Shown: positions 1 to 8,656 of the stretch, piece after piece
Position numbering within the stretch: position 1 is the stretch's first letter
Layout of the letters: every line of letters starts with the position of its first letter
Source of the DNA: Candidatus Staskawiczbacteria bacterium RIFCSPHIGHO2_02_FULL_43_16
GTDB lineage: Bacteria > Patescibacteriota > Minisyncoccia > Minisyncoccales > Staskawiczbacteraceae
Length of the DNA stretch: 60,714 nucleotides
Direction: 5' to 3'
NCBI GenBank assembly: GCA_001821935.1
Contig: MHOU01000012.1
Coordinates: 54,070 to 114,783 of the forward strand
Notes under the pieces: generated by a model
Told to the model about the DNA's origin: nothing
Seen by the model: the letters and a program-made list of their open reading frames with translations, nothing else
Database searches by the model: none
Position numbers and translations under genes: made by a program

Positions 1-170
1 CCCAGGCGCGCAAGACTGTAAAGCATAATCGTTGCCGCCATCTCGTCGGAACGAGCACTACTTTCCATCACCCTACTTAATGTGACATCAGACATGGAAA
101 CTCCTCCCAAAATAAGGAACTGAAACTAGTCAAACAATACCATATCTATCTAAAATAATCAAACTGAACG

Positions 171-1589
171 CTACCTGATTAAGAGCCAAAAACACTCTTT
201 CAAGAGTGTCCGCATACCACCATGGAATATCTTATCGGCAAGGTAGGAAGATAAAACGTAAATAGCCGCACCTGCAACAACGTACAAAAAGAATGAGAAC
301 GGGTTGGAAACAACTAGCAATTTGATTGTAAAGACACCTGCTATCATAACAAGAGCGTTCGCCAACGGTAAACCAATGGCGGCGACCACATCACGCCAAG
401 AAAAAGCCATCGCCCTAAACGACACGATAAGGTACCAGATAGCAGCTAATGATGAGCTAACAAGAACCGCCAGAGCCGCTCCGGTAATTCCAAAGTAGCG
501 TATGGCCGGATATACAAAGATAAGTAACAATACTAAGCGGGCAAAACCCATCATGGTGTTTGTTTTAGGTTTACCCAGAGCCTGAAACAGTCGCCCGGTG
601 ATGGTGCCAAATGACCAGATCACACCGGCAACCACCAACATCTGCAAGGAGGCTACCATGGGCAGCCATTGCCGGCCCAAAAAGATGCTGACAAAATCGG
701 ACGCCACTATAACCATGCCGCCGGCCGCGGGAATGAACAAAAAAGCCAACAGTTGCAGAGTTTTAAGATAGGCGGATTTCAACCGCAGACGGTCATTTTG
801 AATTTTTGAGAAAGCGGGGAAAATAGCCCCTGCGACAATATCAATACCCAAAATGCTGGAAATTTTATACGCCATCTGGTAAAACCCCAGTGAAACCGCG
901 CCCAACAACTTCCCCACAAAAACGCTTTCACCCTGATTGATGAAAAACCCCACAATGTTACCTGCGAAAATCCATCGACCAAAGTAGGTCAACTCTTTGG
1001 CCTTTGCCAGGGAAAAATTCCACTCTGGCTTGAAGGCGCAAACCAGATACGAAACAACGGTCCTGGCCACATTGGCCGCCAAATACCCCAGTACTAGCGC
1101 CCAGACGCTTTGAAATAAGAAAACTGCGCCAAGAGAAACGGCCACATCAGCCACTGATCCGGCGACTTGATACATAAAAAGTTTATGGAATTCCAAGTCT
1201 TTTGAAAAATAGACAATGGCGCTGTTTTCCAGAGCCCGGATCAGTACCGCGATGCTGACGATTTGCAAAACCAATGTGGCCGGCGGAGTATTGAAAAAAC
1301 TTGCCACATAGGGAGCGGCCAAAAACAACAAAACTGCCAGTGTTATGCCCCGTAACACCTGAACCACCCAGGCGGTGCCAAGATACGGCTTGATATCACC
1401 CGTTTTTTGTACCAGTGCCTGGAAAAAACCCGTCTGTGAAAATGATTCCAATAATGATATGGCAATAATGGCGATGCCGAAAATACCGAAGTCTCCGGGC
1501 GCCAGCAACCGCGCCAATACCATGGTTTTTACAAAACCAAACAATTGATCAAAAATCCGGAATAGCAATAACCAAAAGCTCCCCTTCAT
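171..1589 (-). CDS. Wzx-like polysaccharide/oligosaccharide flippase (MOP superfamily membrane protein)
   Basis: ORF 171..1757 is hydrophobic and polytopic throughout. The family-typical N-terminus MKGSFWLLLFRIFDQLFGFVKTMVLARLL begins at the internal ATG at 1589. That start also removes the overlap with the GT gene ending at 1636. Confidence 0.7.
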   Translation of the reverse strand: MKGSFWLLLFRIFDQLFGFVKTMVLARLLAPGDFGIFGIAIIAISLLESFSQTGFFQALVQKTGDIKPYLGTAWVVQVLRGITLAVLLFLAAPYVASFFNTPPATLVLQIVSIAVLIRALENSAIVYFSKDLEFHKLFMYQVAGSVADVAVSLGAVFLFQSVWALVLGYLAANVARTVVSYLVCAFKPEWNFSLAKAKELTYFGRWIFAGNIVGFFINQGESVFVGKLLGAVSLGFYQMAYKISSILGIDIVAGAIFPAFSKIQNDRLRLKSAYLKTLQLLAFLFIPAAGGMVIVASDFVSIFLGRQWLPMVASLQMLVVAGVIWSFGTITGRLFQALGKPKTNTMMGFARLVLLLIFVYPAIRYFGITGAALAVLVSSSLAAIWYLIVSFRAMAFSWRDVVAAIGLPLANALVMIAGVFTIKLLVVSNPFSFFLYVVAGAAIYVLSSYLADKIFHGGMRTLLKECFWLLIR

Positions 1590-1635
1590 GGCGCGCCGTG
1601 AAACGCTGCCGGACGGAAATAGCAAGGTCGCGATT

Positions 1636-2508
1636 TTATTTTTTACGATTAATAACATAATAATATGGGGGTTTTCCAAAAACCAACTTGCGTACAAAAA
1701 AAATAGTAGGCCACAGCGCCTCCCTGAATGGGAAAAAAGAATACGCGTAACTGGCAAACGAAAGCATCAACGCCCTTTTCGCCCCAGGATAAAACCCCCG
1801 ATAGGTGTTGTTGAGGATGATTTTTGCCCGTAATTTACGCCGTATCTGATAGTCGCGGACATGGCTCCGGCCACCATGTTCCTGGTCAAAGTAATTCACG
1901 AAAAATTCCGAAAAGTTGTATAGCTTGCCAATCTTACCCAACGCCATCCATAGTGCCCAGTCGGCAAAAAATCCGAAGCGCTCGTCATATCCGCCCACTT
2001 GCATGAAAGCCTGTTTAGAAAATAAAACCGCGCTATGGGCAAATACGTTATCAGCTAGAATGGCTTTTTTAATATCCTTATCTTCTTTTGGAAGTAAAAA
2101 CCGTATCATTTCGCGCCCCGCATTATCCACCCTGACCACTCCGCCACCGGTTAACACATATTCAGGGCGGATCTCCATAAATGCCACTTGCTTTTGCAGT
2201 TTTTGCGGGTCAGGCCATGTATCGTCATCATCTAACCTGGCAATGTATTTGCCCTGCGCCAAACCGACAGCCTTATTCAAATTTTTTACAAACCCCAAGT
2301 TTTTTTCATTCCTGAAGACAACTATCTGCGGGTGTTGTTCTTTTAGCCCAATAACCGCTTCGTATGTACCATCTGTTGAACCGTCATCGGCAATAATGAT
2401 TTCCATATTTCCATACGTTTGACCCAAGGCGCTTTCAATGGCCTTAGCTAGGATTTCTTTTCGATTAAAGGTGGTAATGATAACTGATACTAAGGGATTG
2501 GTGATCAT
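1636..2508 (-). CDS. Glycosyltransferase family 2 (GT-A fold)
   Basis: VSVIITTFNRKEILAKAIESALGQTY, IIIADDGSTDGT and the acidic RLDDDDTW motif. Confidence 0.85.
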   Translation of the reverse strand: MITNPLVSVIITTFNRKEILAKAIESALGQTYGNMEIIIADDGSTDGTYEAVIGLKEQHPQIVVFRNEKNLGFVKNLNKAVGLAQGKYIARLDDDDTWPDPQKLQKQVAFMEIRPEYVLTGGGVVRVDNAGREMIRFLLPKEDKDIKKAILADNVFAHSAVLFSKQAFMQVGGYDERFGFFADWALWMALGKIGKLYNFSEFFVNYFDQEHGGRSHVRDYQIRRKLRAKIILNNTYRGFYPGAKRALMLSFASYAYSFFPFREALWPTIFFVRKLVFGKPPYYYVINRKK

Positions 2509-3569
2509 GTCAATAAACCCATCGTTTTGAATATCTCCTTGAACCTTTGTTGGTAGGTATGGGTCCGTATTGTACGTTCGTAACCGGCCATAGCAATGGA
2601 CTGGCGCTCACTGTCGTTACTCAAGTAGTGCCTAATTTTTTTAACCAGACTGTCAGTATCTGTAAAGCAAACTATTTCTTTACCAATAACATAGTAATCT
2701 TCCAGATGACTAGCATAGCCTGTCAATAAAAATCCACCACAGCCGGTAATTTCAAAATTCCTAGCTTTAATTTGATGTTTAGTTATGGCAGATACAACCG
2801 ACTTAGCGTTTTTGAGCCAGCGCGCGGGTGATTCCAATAAAACCCGTCCGCGGGCATCCTTTTTGAAAAACACCTTTGCAACTGATGTTGCGTTTATTTG
2901 GCCGGAGGCATTAGAAAAATTAAGATTAATTTTGCTTTGATTGAATATATTAATCATTTCTTGCTGGGAAACCCTGCCGTTGGGCCACCCCCTGCCGAAA
3001 CATTCCACAGCTATTCCTGCTTTTTTGAGCTGACCCACCAGCCTTTTGCGTCCGCTATGCGGTTGCCCCACAAACGTTACATCGTACTTCTTGGAAAGAT
3101 CCGATTTTTTGTAGAAAAAATGGTTAACCCCCCACTGGCTTTTAATAATGTTTTTTTGGCTATTCTTTTGGTATTTTAGAAAAGCATCCGCGTCAGTGGT
3201 AATGGCAAAGGTGAAGACCGGAGCCCAGTATTTTGAAAAATTATCAAACCGCCAATGATCATCAGCAAACCAATTGCAGGTTACCAGGCCGCTAGCCGTG
3301 ATGTTTTGAACCGTTTCCTTGCTGACCACATCTGACACCAAAAAGAAAAAACACAGGTTCGGCTTCTCGCGAAAGGCCGTTTCCAGCAACCGTTCGTTCA
3401 TCTGTGCAACCCCTAATCGGCCGGCTACTTGGTCAAAGGGAAAATAGACAATCTCGTGTGTCCCATGATCCATATTTTTTAAAGAATCGTAAAAGTTGCA
3501 GTGCTCAAAACTGAGCCCGCGGGCGGGATCGCCATAGTCATATTGTTGGGCTACATATAAAATTTTCAT
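2505..3569 (-). CDS. CgeB-like glycosyltransferase (DUF3880 / Glyco_trans_1_2-like)
   Basis: 354 aa. MKILYVAQQYDYGDPARGLSFEH... N-terminus and C-terminal FEITGCGGFLLT...ERQSIAMAGYERT resemble CgeB-family proteins. Has a 4-nt overlap with the downstream GT2 gene. Confidence 0.55.
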   Translation of the reverse strand: MKILYVAQQYDYGDPARGLSFEHCNFYDSLKNMDHGTHEIVYFPFDQVAGRLGVAQMNERLLETAFREKPNLCFFFLVSDVVSKETVQNITASGLVTCNWFADDHWRFDNFSKYWAPVFTFAITTDADAFLKYQKNSQKNIIKSQWGVNHFFYKKSDLSKKYDVTFVGQPHSGRKRLVGQLKKAGIAVECFGRGWPNGRVSQQEMINIFNQSKINLNFSNASGQINATSVAKVFFKKDARGRVLLESPARWLKNAKSVVSAITKHQIKARNFEITGCGGFLLTGYASHLEDYYVIGKEIVCFTDTDSLVKKIRHYLSNDSERQSIAMAGYERTIRTHTYQQRFKEIFKTMGLLT

Positions 3570-4972
3570 GGTACCACCCTTATCATATCATCTTCTATTT
3601 CAATCTTATATTGGTTATTTTTTGACAGGATATATTGCCGAAGCTCCGGCAGTGTTGGATAACCATTATGACCCGTAAAACACCGCGCATCATCAATTAA
3701 AATAATGTGTCCGAAATTGTTAGAAAGAATTGTGGCCAGTTCTTCAAAAATTGGCGAATCTTTCTTGCCCCGGACAGTAATGCCGCCCGAATAATGGCCG
3801 TCTAACCAAAATATGGATCGCTCTTTTATCGTTGACACTAGTTTTTGCAGAACCAACCCGCTATCGCCATGAAGAATACTAACGGCAGGATTATTCTGAA
3901 ACCGTTTTTTTGCGCCAGCAAACAACTTTTCCCCCAGTTCTATGGAAACAATCCGATCAAAAAATTTCCTCTGGGCATATACCATGTCTCCCAAATAAGT
4001 ACCCGTTTCCACCAACAAGCGGACGTTATACTTTTTTTGATATTCCCTGATAACGAGTTGCTTAACACGGTGCGGAGGCGAACCGGGCTTTCCGGTCACT
4101 TCCCAAATTTTTTGATGAAGCCAATTTACCGGCCCATTACTCCGCGCGCCTTGCACCCAAGAATCAGGGATCAAGCGTTTTGCCAACCGCCTCATACGCA
4201 AGACTGACGCTTGCGCATTGAAGGTTGCATAAAAAACGCTTCCCTTTTCAAATAGTTGCAAGGAGGGACGAGTGAAGCCGTATTTCGGTTCTTGGGAAAA
4301 CATATACTTTCCGCTATAGTCGGTAATGGCATACACCAGATGGTTGCCCAAAAAAAGCGAAGTCAAATCGGTATCATAACCTGCAAATTTTCCCGCGTAT
4401 TCAGACCGCACAAAAAAACAGTTCACATCCGTAACGGCCACCAGAAAATACCCTTTTGATTTAGCCAGGTTCGCCAAAGCCAGCGCCGAAGCCCCAAAGT
4501 AACTTCCCTGCTTGGCAACCAATTCCATGTGCACAGGAACTGTAGGGTTATATTCGCAAATAATTACCCGCGGGGATATTTTCTTTAAACCTTGGAAAAT
4601 ATGGTAATCATCTCCATCGACGTCAATGGACAAAAGATCTATATCCCCGGTAATGCCTGCTTTTTCTAAAATACTTTCCAGGGAATGTTCACCTTCAGGC
4701 TCAACATGTTCATGAATGCAATGGCAATGATAGGGCTTCGTGTTTGCCATCAACTGCTGGAACCGCTTTCCGCGCGACTCAATCAAAATACCCCGCCACC
4801 CTTTTGTCCACAGGTTGGCAGTATTGGAGAGGTGAAATCCGTCCCAGGCGCCGATTTCAACGCAAATCCTGGACGCCACCCCGATAACACGAAAAATCTG
4901 TCCGGTAATCCCGTCCTCCCCGAATTGGGAATAGACATTTGAAGAATAGTCTGTTAACTTACTTTTGACCAT
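3566..4972 (-). CDS. Two-domain SAM-dependent methyltransferase (FkbM-like N-half, class I MTase C-half)
   Basis: N-half has SQFGEDGI and VEIGAWDGFHLSNT. C-half has LVETGTYLGDMV (a glycine-rich SAM loop) and FWLDGHYS. Confidence 0.6.
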   Translation of the reverse strand: MVKSKLTDYSSNVYSQFGEDGITGQIFRVIGVASRICVEIGAWDGFHLSNTANLWTKGWRGILIESRGKRFQQLMANTKPYHCHCIHEHVEPEGEHSLESILEKAGITGDIDLLSIDVDGDDYHIFQGLKKISPRVIICEYNPTVPVHMELVAKQGSYFGASALALANLAKSKGYFLVAVTDVNCFFVRSEYAGKFAGYDTDLTSLFLGNHLVYAITDYSGKYMFSQEPKYGFTRPSLQLFEKGSVFYATFNAQASVLRMRRLAKRLIPDSWVQGARSNGPVNWLHQKIWEVTGKPGSPPHRVKQLVIREYQKKYNVRLLVETGTYLGDMVYAQRKFFDRIVSIELGEKLFAGAKKRFQNNPAVSILHGDSGLVLQKLVSTIKERSIFWLDGHYSGGITVRGKKDSPIFEELATILSNNFGHIILIDDARCFTGHNGYPTLPELRQYILSKNNQYKIEIEDDMIRVVP

Positions 4973-6399
4973 GAAATATTTCTATATGCTGTCAATAAGA
5001 TTACTGCATATATTACAACTCCAGAGACTATACCCATAACAATATTGCCGCCAAACCCGATCAACTGATACACTAACAACACCATGGCAAAACTGGCGGC
5101 AGCCGATAGTAAAAAAATGTTAAAAATCCTGGCATTGAAAATGGCAACGGACGTAAATCGTCGGGAAAAACCCGCGCTTAGCACTAGCAACACCACATAA
5201 GTGGCGATGGCGGCCGCCGAGGCTCCGTATAGCGAGTATCGTGGAATCAAGACTGCGTTCAGCATAACACTTACAACAGCTCCAGCCATATTGACCCAGA
5301 CATACTTTGCCTGCTGTCTGGAAACAATCAGGATGGTAATGTAAGGATAACAGATAAAACTCATTCCCGCTACGAATATCAATACCCTAAATACCACAAT
5401 GGATGGCTCAAACCCATCGCCAAAAATAAATGGGATAATACGGGGTGCAAGGAAAAACCCGCCCGTTACCACGGGAACCGCTAGAATAATCATGGCCTCC
5501 ATGTAGTAATTCCACGCCCGCTGCAACAATTCTTTTGATTCGTGAAACAACCTGCTTAACAACGGATAAAAACTCATGGAAATAAGGGTTGCCACAATCA
5601 CTATGGCCGATATCAACTTTTGCGCGGCATTGTACCAGCCGTTTTCTGTTGTTTGCCCCAGGTAACCCATCATAATAGAATCGGCGGATATGACCGTAGC
5701 TCCGAACACCGCCGCAAGGCCCAGTGGCCAGGAAATGGCCAGCAGCTTTTTCCAGGTACCGGTATGAAAGCGCAGTACTACATGTTGAACGTTTACATGG
5801 AACAACAGCAACACGACCGCCAAGGCAACCGCATTGGCGATAACGTACCCTAAGCTGATGTTTCCAAGGGACGGAAACCGGGCAATAACCCACGAAACAA
5901 CGCCTGCCAATACCAATGAACGAATAATTTTGGCCGCCGCCTCAAATTCCATTTTCTGGCGGGCTCGGATAAAAGCGTACAATACGGAAAAAAAATCATT
6001 CACCAAAACAAATATCCCCATCATCCAAAAAGCCAGCCGGCTGCCGCTGTCGCCGGTCACCAAAAAAGAAACGCCCACTATGAAAACAAACGTCGTAACA
6101 TTTAAGACCAACTTAAGCGACAGAATAGCCGGATAATCTTTTTCCGCAGCGCTACCGTAAGAAAGCTCGCGGGTGATGGTATTAAAAAGCCCAAGATCAA
6201 ATATGACTGCCACCACAGACACAAAAGCTAAGGCAAAGGTGAATTTACCGAATTCGGCTACGCCCAAAACCCGGACAACCTGGATAATCAGTGCAAATTC
6301 CACCAGGCGCGAAACAACCTCGGCTACGCCCAGCCAAAACGCGTTCTTGATGACCATCTGGCGTATGCCAATATTTTTGAAAAAAAAATTTTTGATCAC
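4954..6399 (-). CDS. Second Wzx-like flippase / polysaccharide biosynthesis membrane protein
   Basis: 481-aa polytopic membrane protein. The N-terminus NAFWLGVAEVVSRLVEFALIIQVVRVLG is typical of MOP flippases. Confidence 0.7.
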   Translation of the reverse strand: MIKNFFFKNIGIRQMVIKNAFWLGVAEVVSRLVEFALIIQVVRVLGVAEFGKFTFALAFVSVVAVIFDLGLFNTITRELSYGSAAEKDYPAILSLKLVLNVTTFVFIVGVSFLVTGDSGSRLAFWMMGIFVLVNDFFSVLYAFIRARQKMEFEAAAKIIRSLVLAGVVSWVIARFPSLGNISLGYVIANAVALAVVLLLFHVNVQHVVLRFHTGTWKKLLAISWPLGLAAVFGATVISADSIMMGYLGQTTENGWYNAAQKLISAIVIVATLISMSFYPLLSRLFHESKELLQRAWNYYMEAMIILAVPVVTGGFFLAPRIIPFIFGDGFEPSIVVFRVLIFVAGMSFICYPYITILIVSRQQAKYVWVNMAGAVVSVMLNAVLIPRYSLYGASAAAIATYVVLLVLSAGFSRRFTSVAIFNARIFNIFLLSAAASFAMVLLVYQLIGFGGNIVMGIVSGVVIYAVILLTAYRNISWSKVS

Positions 6400-6427
6400 C
6401 TTGTTAATGTGTTGTTTAACAGCTCCT

Positions 6428-7204
6428 TCATGCCCCCTTAACTTTCTTCTGGTAGTCCAAGACCAAGTCGATGACCTTGCTATTCATGTGCTGGCTTAAA
6501 AGCTTCGCATTTGGCACTACACAGTGGCCGCCAATGTGCCCATCGGGGGCGGAAAGTACAGGTCTGACTACGTGGTGCTTACCGAGTTTTTTATAGCCTT
6601 CGTTGTAGGTGGTATTAAAATCGGTAACCGCGTCTTCAAAATTTACCCCCAATTTATCGCATAGTTTTTTCATCTCACCATGCCAGGCGATGGCTAGGCC
6701 GTAATACGTTGTATCAAGTAATTTGCCCACTTCCGTGGTCACCGAAGGCACAAAAAGCTTGGTGGTAATGCCCAATCCATCCAAGTGTTTTTTGGCAATC
6801 AGTCCGGTCTGTTCAACATCGGCTCCGATATATTTTACAAATGTTTTTATACCTTCATATAAATTGGGGTGCACGCCACGGGCCGGACTATGAACCACCA
6901 TACCCGAGAATGCATCAGCTAATTTTTTGGTCGTCCCGGGGACAATCGTAGAATGAATGATGGTGAGTTTTGGTTGCAAGCTAGCAATTTCCCTATGGAT
7001 TATTTTGATAAAATCCTTGCTATACGGAATACACACATGCAAAATATCAACTCCCTTCAAGCCGTCATCGCGGGTTAAATCTTTTACAAGGGGACGGGTA
7101 TAAAACTTGGCAATCGCCTGGCCTATTTCGCCATACCCCAAAATACCGACTCTCTGCCCTATTGATGTTTCTTTTTTCATAAATAGTATTATGGTTTTGT
7201 CCAA
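6428..7204 (-). CDS. NAD-binding UDP-glucose/GDP-mannose dehydrogenase-like protein (short form)
   Basis: Rossmann motif VGILGYGEIGQAI, STIVPGTT and IGGHCVVPN (similar to the GGxC catalytic Cys region). Confidence 0.5.
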   Translation of the reverse strand: MDKTIILFMKKETSIGQRVGILGYGEIGQAIAKFYTRPLVKDLTRDDGLKGVDILHVCIPYSKDFIKIIHREIASLQPKLTIIHSTIVPGTTKKLADAFSGMVVHSPARGVHPNLYEGIKTFVKYIGADVEQTGLIAKKHLDGLGITTKLFVPSVTTEVGKLLDTTYYGLAIAWHGEMKKLCDKLGVNFEDAVTDFNTTYNEGYKKLGKHHVVRPVLSAPDGHIGGHCVVPNAKLLSQHMNSKVIDLVLDYQKKVKGA

Positions 7205-8166
7205 TTATCAATAATATAATCAATTTCCATGGTCTTTTTAATGCCTTCATCTACGGAAACTTTTGGCTCGTAGCCAAGTACCTGGCGCGCTTTTTGCACA
7301 GAAGGAATCCTTTTGACAATTTCACGGGAAACTTCCCGGTCTGAATCTTGCATGGGTACCAAAACTGGCTTGATGTCTTTACCTGAAACGGCGATAACTT
7401 TTTGGGCTAATTCTTTCATAGTAATAGGTTCGGCATCATTGCCGATATTAAAAATTTCGTTCTTGGCAGCCGGCTGGTTTAACACTTTATAAACGCCTTC
7501 TACAGCATCTTCAACAAAACAGAATGCCCGCACCTGCAAGCCGTCGCCGTACAGCACCGGAGACTCTCCTTGACGCACATTCTTGATAAACCTGGGCATG
7601 ACAAACTGAGCCACCTGGCCGGGGCCATAAACATTGAAAAATCTCACAACAGAAAATTCCAAACCATATTTTTGATTATACGCCTTGATATATTCTTCCG
7701 AAGCCAATTTGCTCACCCCGTAAGGAGATACCGGACTCCTTGGGCTGGTTTCTACAATAGGCGGATTAAGGGCTTCGCCATAAACTTCAGAAGAAGAGGT
7801 GAAAACCAGCCGCTTGATGTTTCCCTTAACACAAGCGTCCAGCACATTAATGGTTCCCAAGAGGTTCGCGTTCAAACATTCTAATTTATGCTCTTCGGTA
7901 TTTTTCACCCCTAGCATGGCGGCCGCATGGATGACAAAATCACATCCCTGCACGGCTTTTCCCAACGCCTCTTTATCTAAAATGTCGCCGGTTATCTTTT
8001 CTACAGACCCGAATATGCCCAGTTTTTGCCAAAGAATTTCCTGATTCGCAAAATTCAGGTCAAAAAGACGTATGGAAAATCCCTTTTCCAATAATTTCTT
8101 TGCAATATGGCTTCCGATGAACCCGGCGCCACCGGTAATCAATACTTTTTTATAGTCAGTTGACAT
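7189..8166 (-). CDS. NAD-dependent sugar-nucleotide epimerase/dehydratase (SDR family)
   Basis: KVLITGGAGFIGSH, SSSEVYG and YGVSK (YxxxK). The ATG at 8166 (MSTDYKK) is preferred over the longer ORF start at 8235. Confidence 0.85.
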   Translation of the reverse strand: MSTDYKKVLITGGAGFIGSHIAKKLLEKGFSIRLFDLNFANQEILWQKLGIFGSVEKITGDILDKEALGKAVQGCDFVIHAAAMLGVKNTEEHKLECLNANLLGTINVLDACVKGNIKRLVFTSSSEVYGEALNPPIVETSPRSPVSPYGVSKLASEEYIKAYNQKYGLEFSVVRFFNVYGPGQVAQFVMPRFIKNVRQGESPVLYGDGLQVRAFCFVEDAVEGVYKVLNQPAAKNEIFNIGNDAEPITMKELAQKVIAVSGKDIKPVLVPMQDSDREVSREIVKRIPSVQKARQVLGYEPKVSVDEGIKKTMEIDYIIDNWTKP

Positions 8167-8602
8167 GTTTTTTCTGGACGCTTTGCAATAACCAGGATGA
8201 GCTTTGCACCTTGCCCCCGCCCACGTTGTTAACAACAGTTATATTAAAATCCCGACATACCTTTTTTTCGCTCTCGGGAAGATTATCAAAATTCCGATCC
8301 CCACCCTTGGCAAACACTAATTCATCCCCAGCATACCGTTGTGCCACTGCCTTCAAGCTTTCCGGGATAAATCCATCCTTATCAACAGATAAAAAAACTT
8401 CGTCCACCGAACGCAAAGTCCTAATGATTTCCATGCGCTCATTTTCGGGCATAAATTCAGCGCTTCCCTTTACTTTTACCTGCTCATCGTTATTGACAAT
8501 CACTACTAAATAGTCTCCTAAATTCCTAGCTTCCCGTATCAAACTAACATGGCCCACATGCAAGGGATTAAAAAACCCCGAAGTTATTACTATTTTCTTC
8601 AT
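8156..8602 (-). CDS. Cytidylyl/adenylyltransferase-family nucleotidyltransferase (RfaE-II / TagD-like)
   Basis: 148 aa. GFFNPLHVGHVSLIREA carries the HxGH nucleotidyltransferase signature. Confidence 0.75.
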   Translation of the reverse strand: MKKIVITSGFFNPLHVGHVSLIREARNLGDYLVVIVNNDEQVKVKGSAEFMPENERMEIIRTLRSVDEVFLSVDKDGFIPESLKAVAQRYAGDELVFAKGGDRNFDNLPESEKKVCRDFNITVVNNVGGGKVQSSSWLLQSVQKKHVN

Positions 8603-8656
8603 AAAACTACCTGGAAAATTTGCCTTTTTAATGTTTTATTTATATCATAAGCTTAC

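Noticed and set aside
171-1757. Long N-terminal extensions in the ORF track (171-1757, 7189-8235, 32426-33163, 33105-33839, 43824-44294, 46578-47942, 53019-53924, 56092-56832)
   Set aside because: The extensions overlap the upstream gene, or a tRNA, and precede family-typical N-termini that begin at an internal ATG. The shorter coordinates are reported instead.
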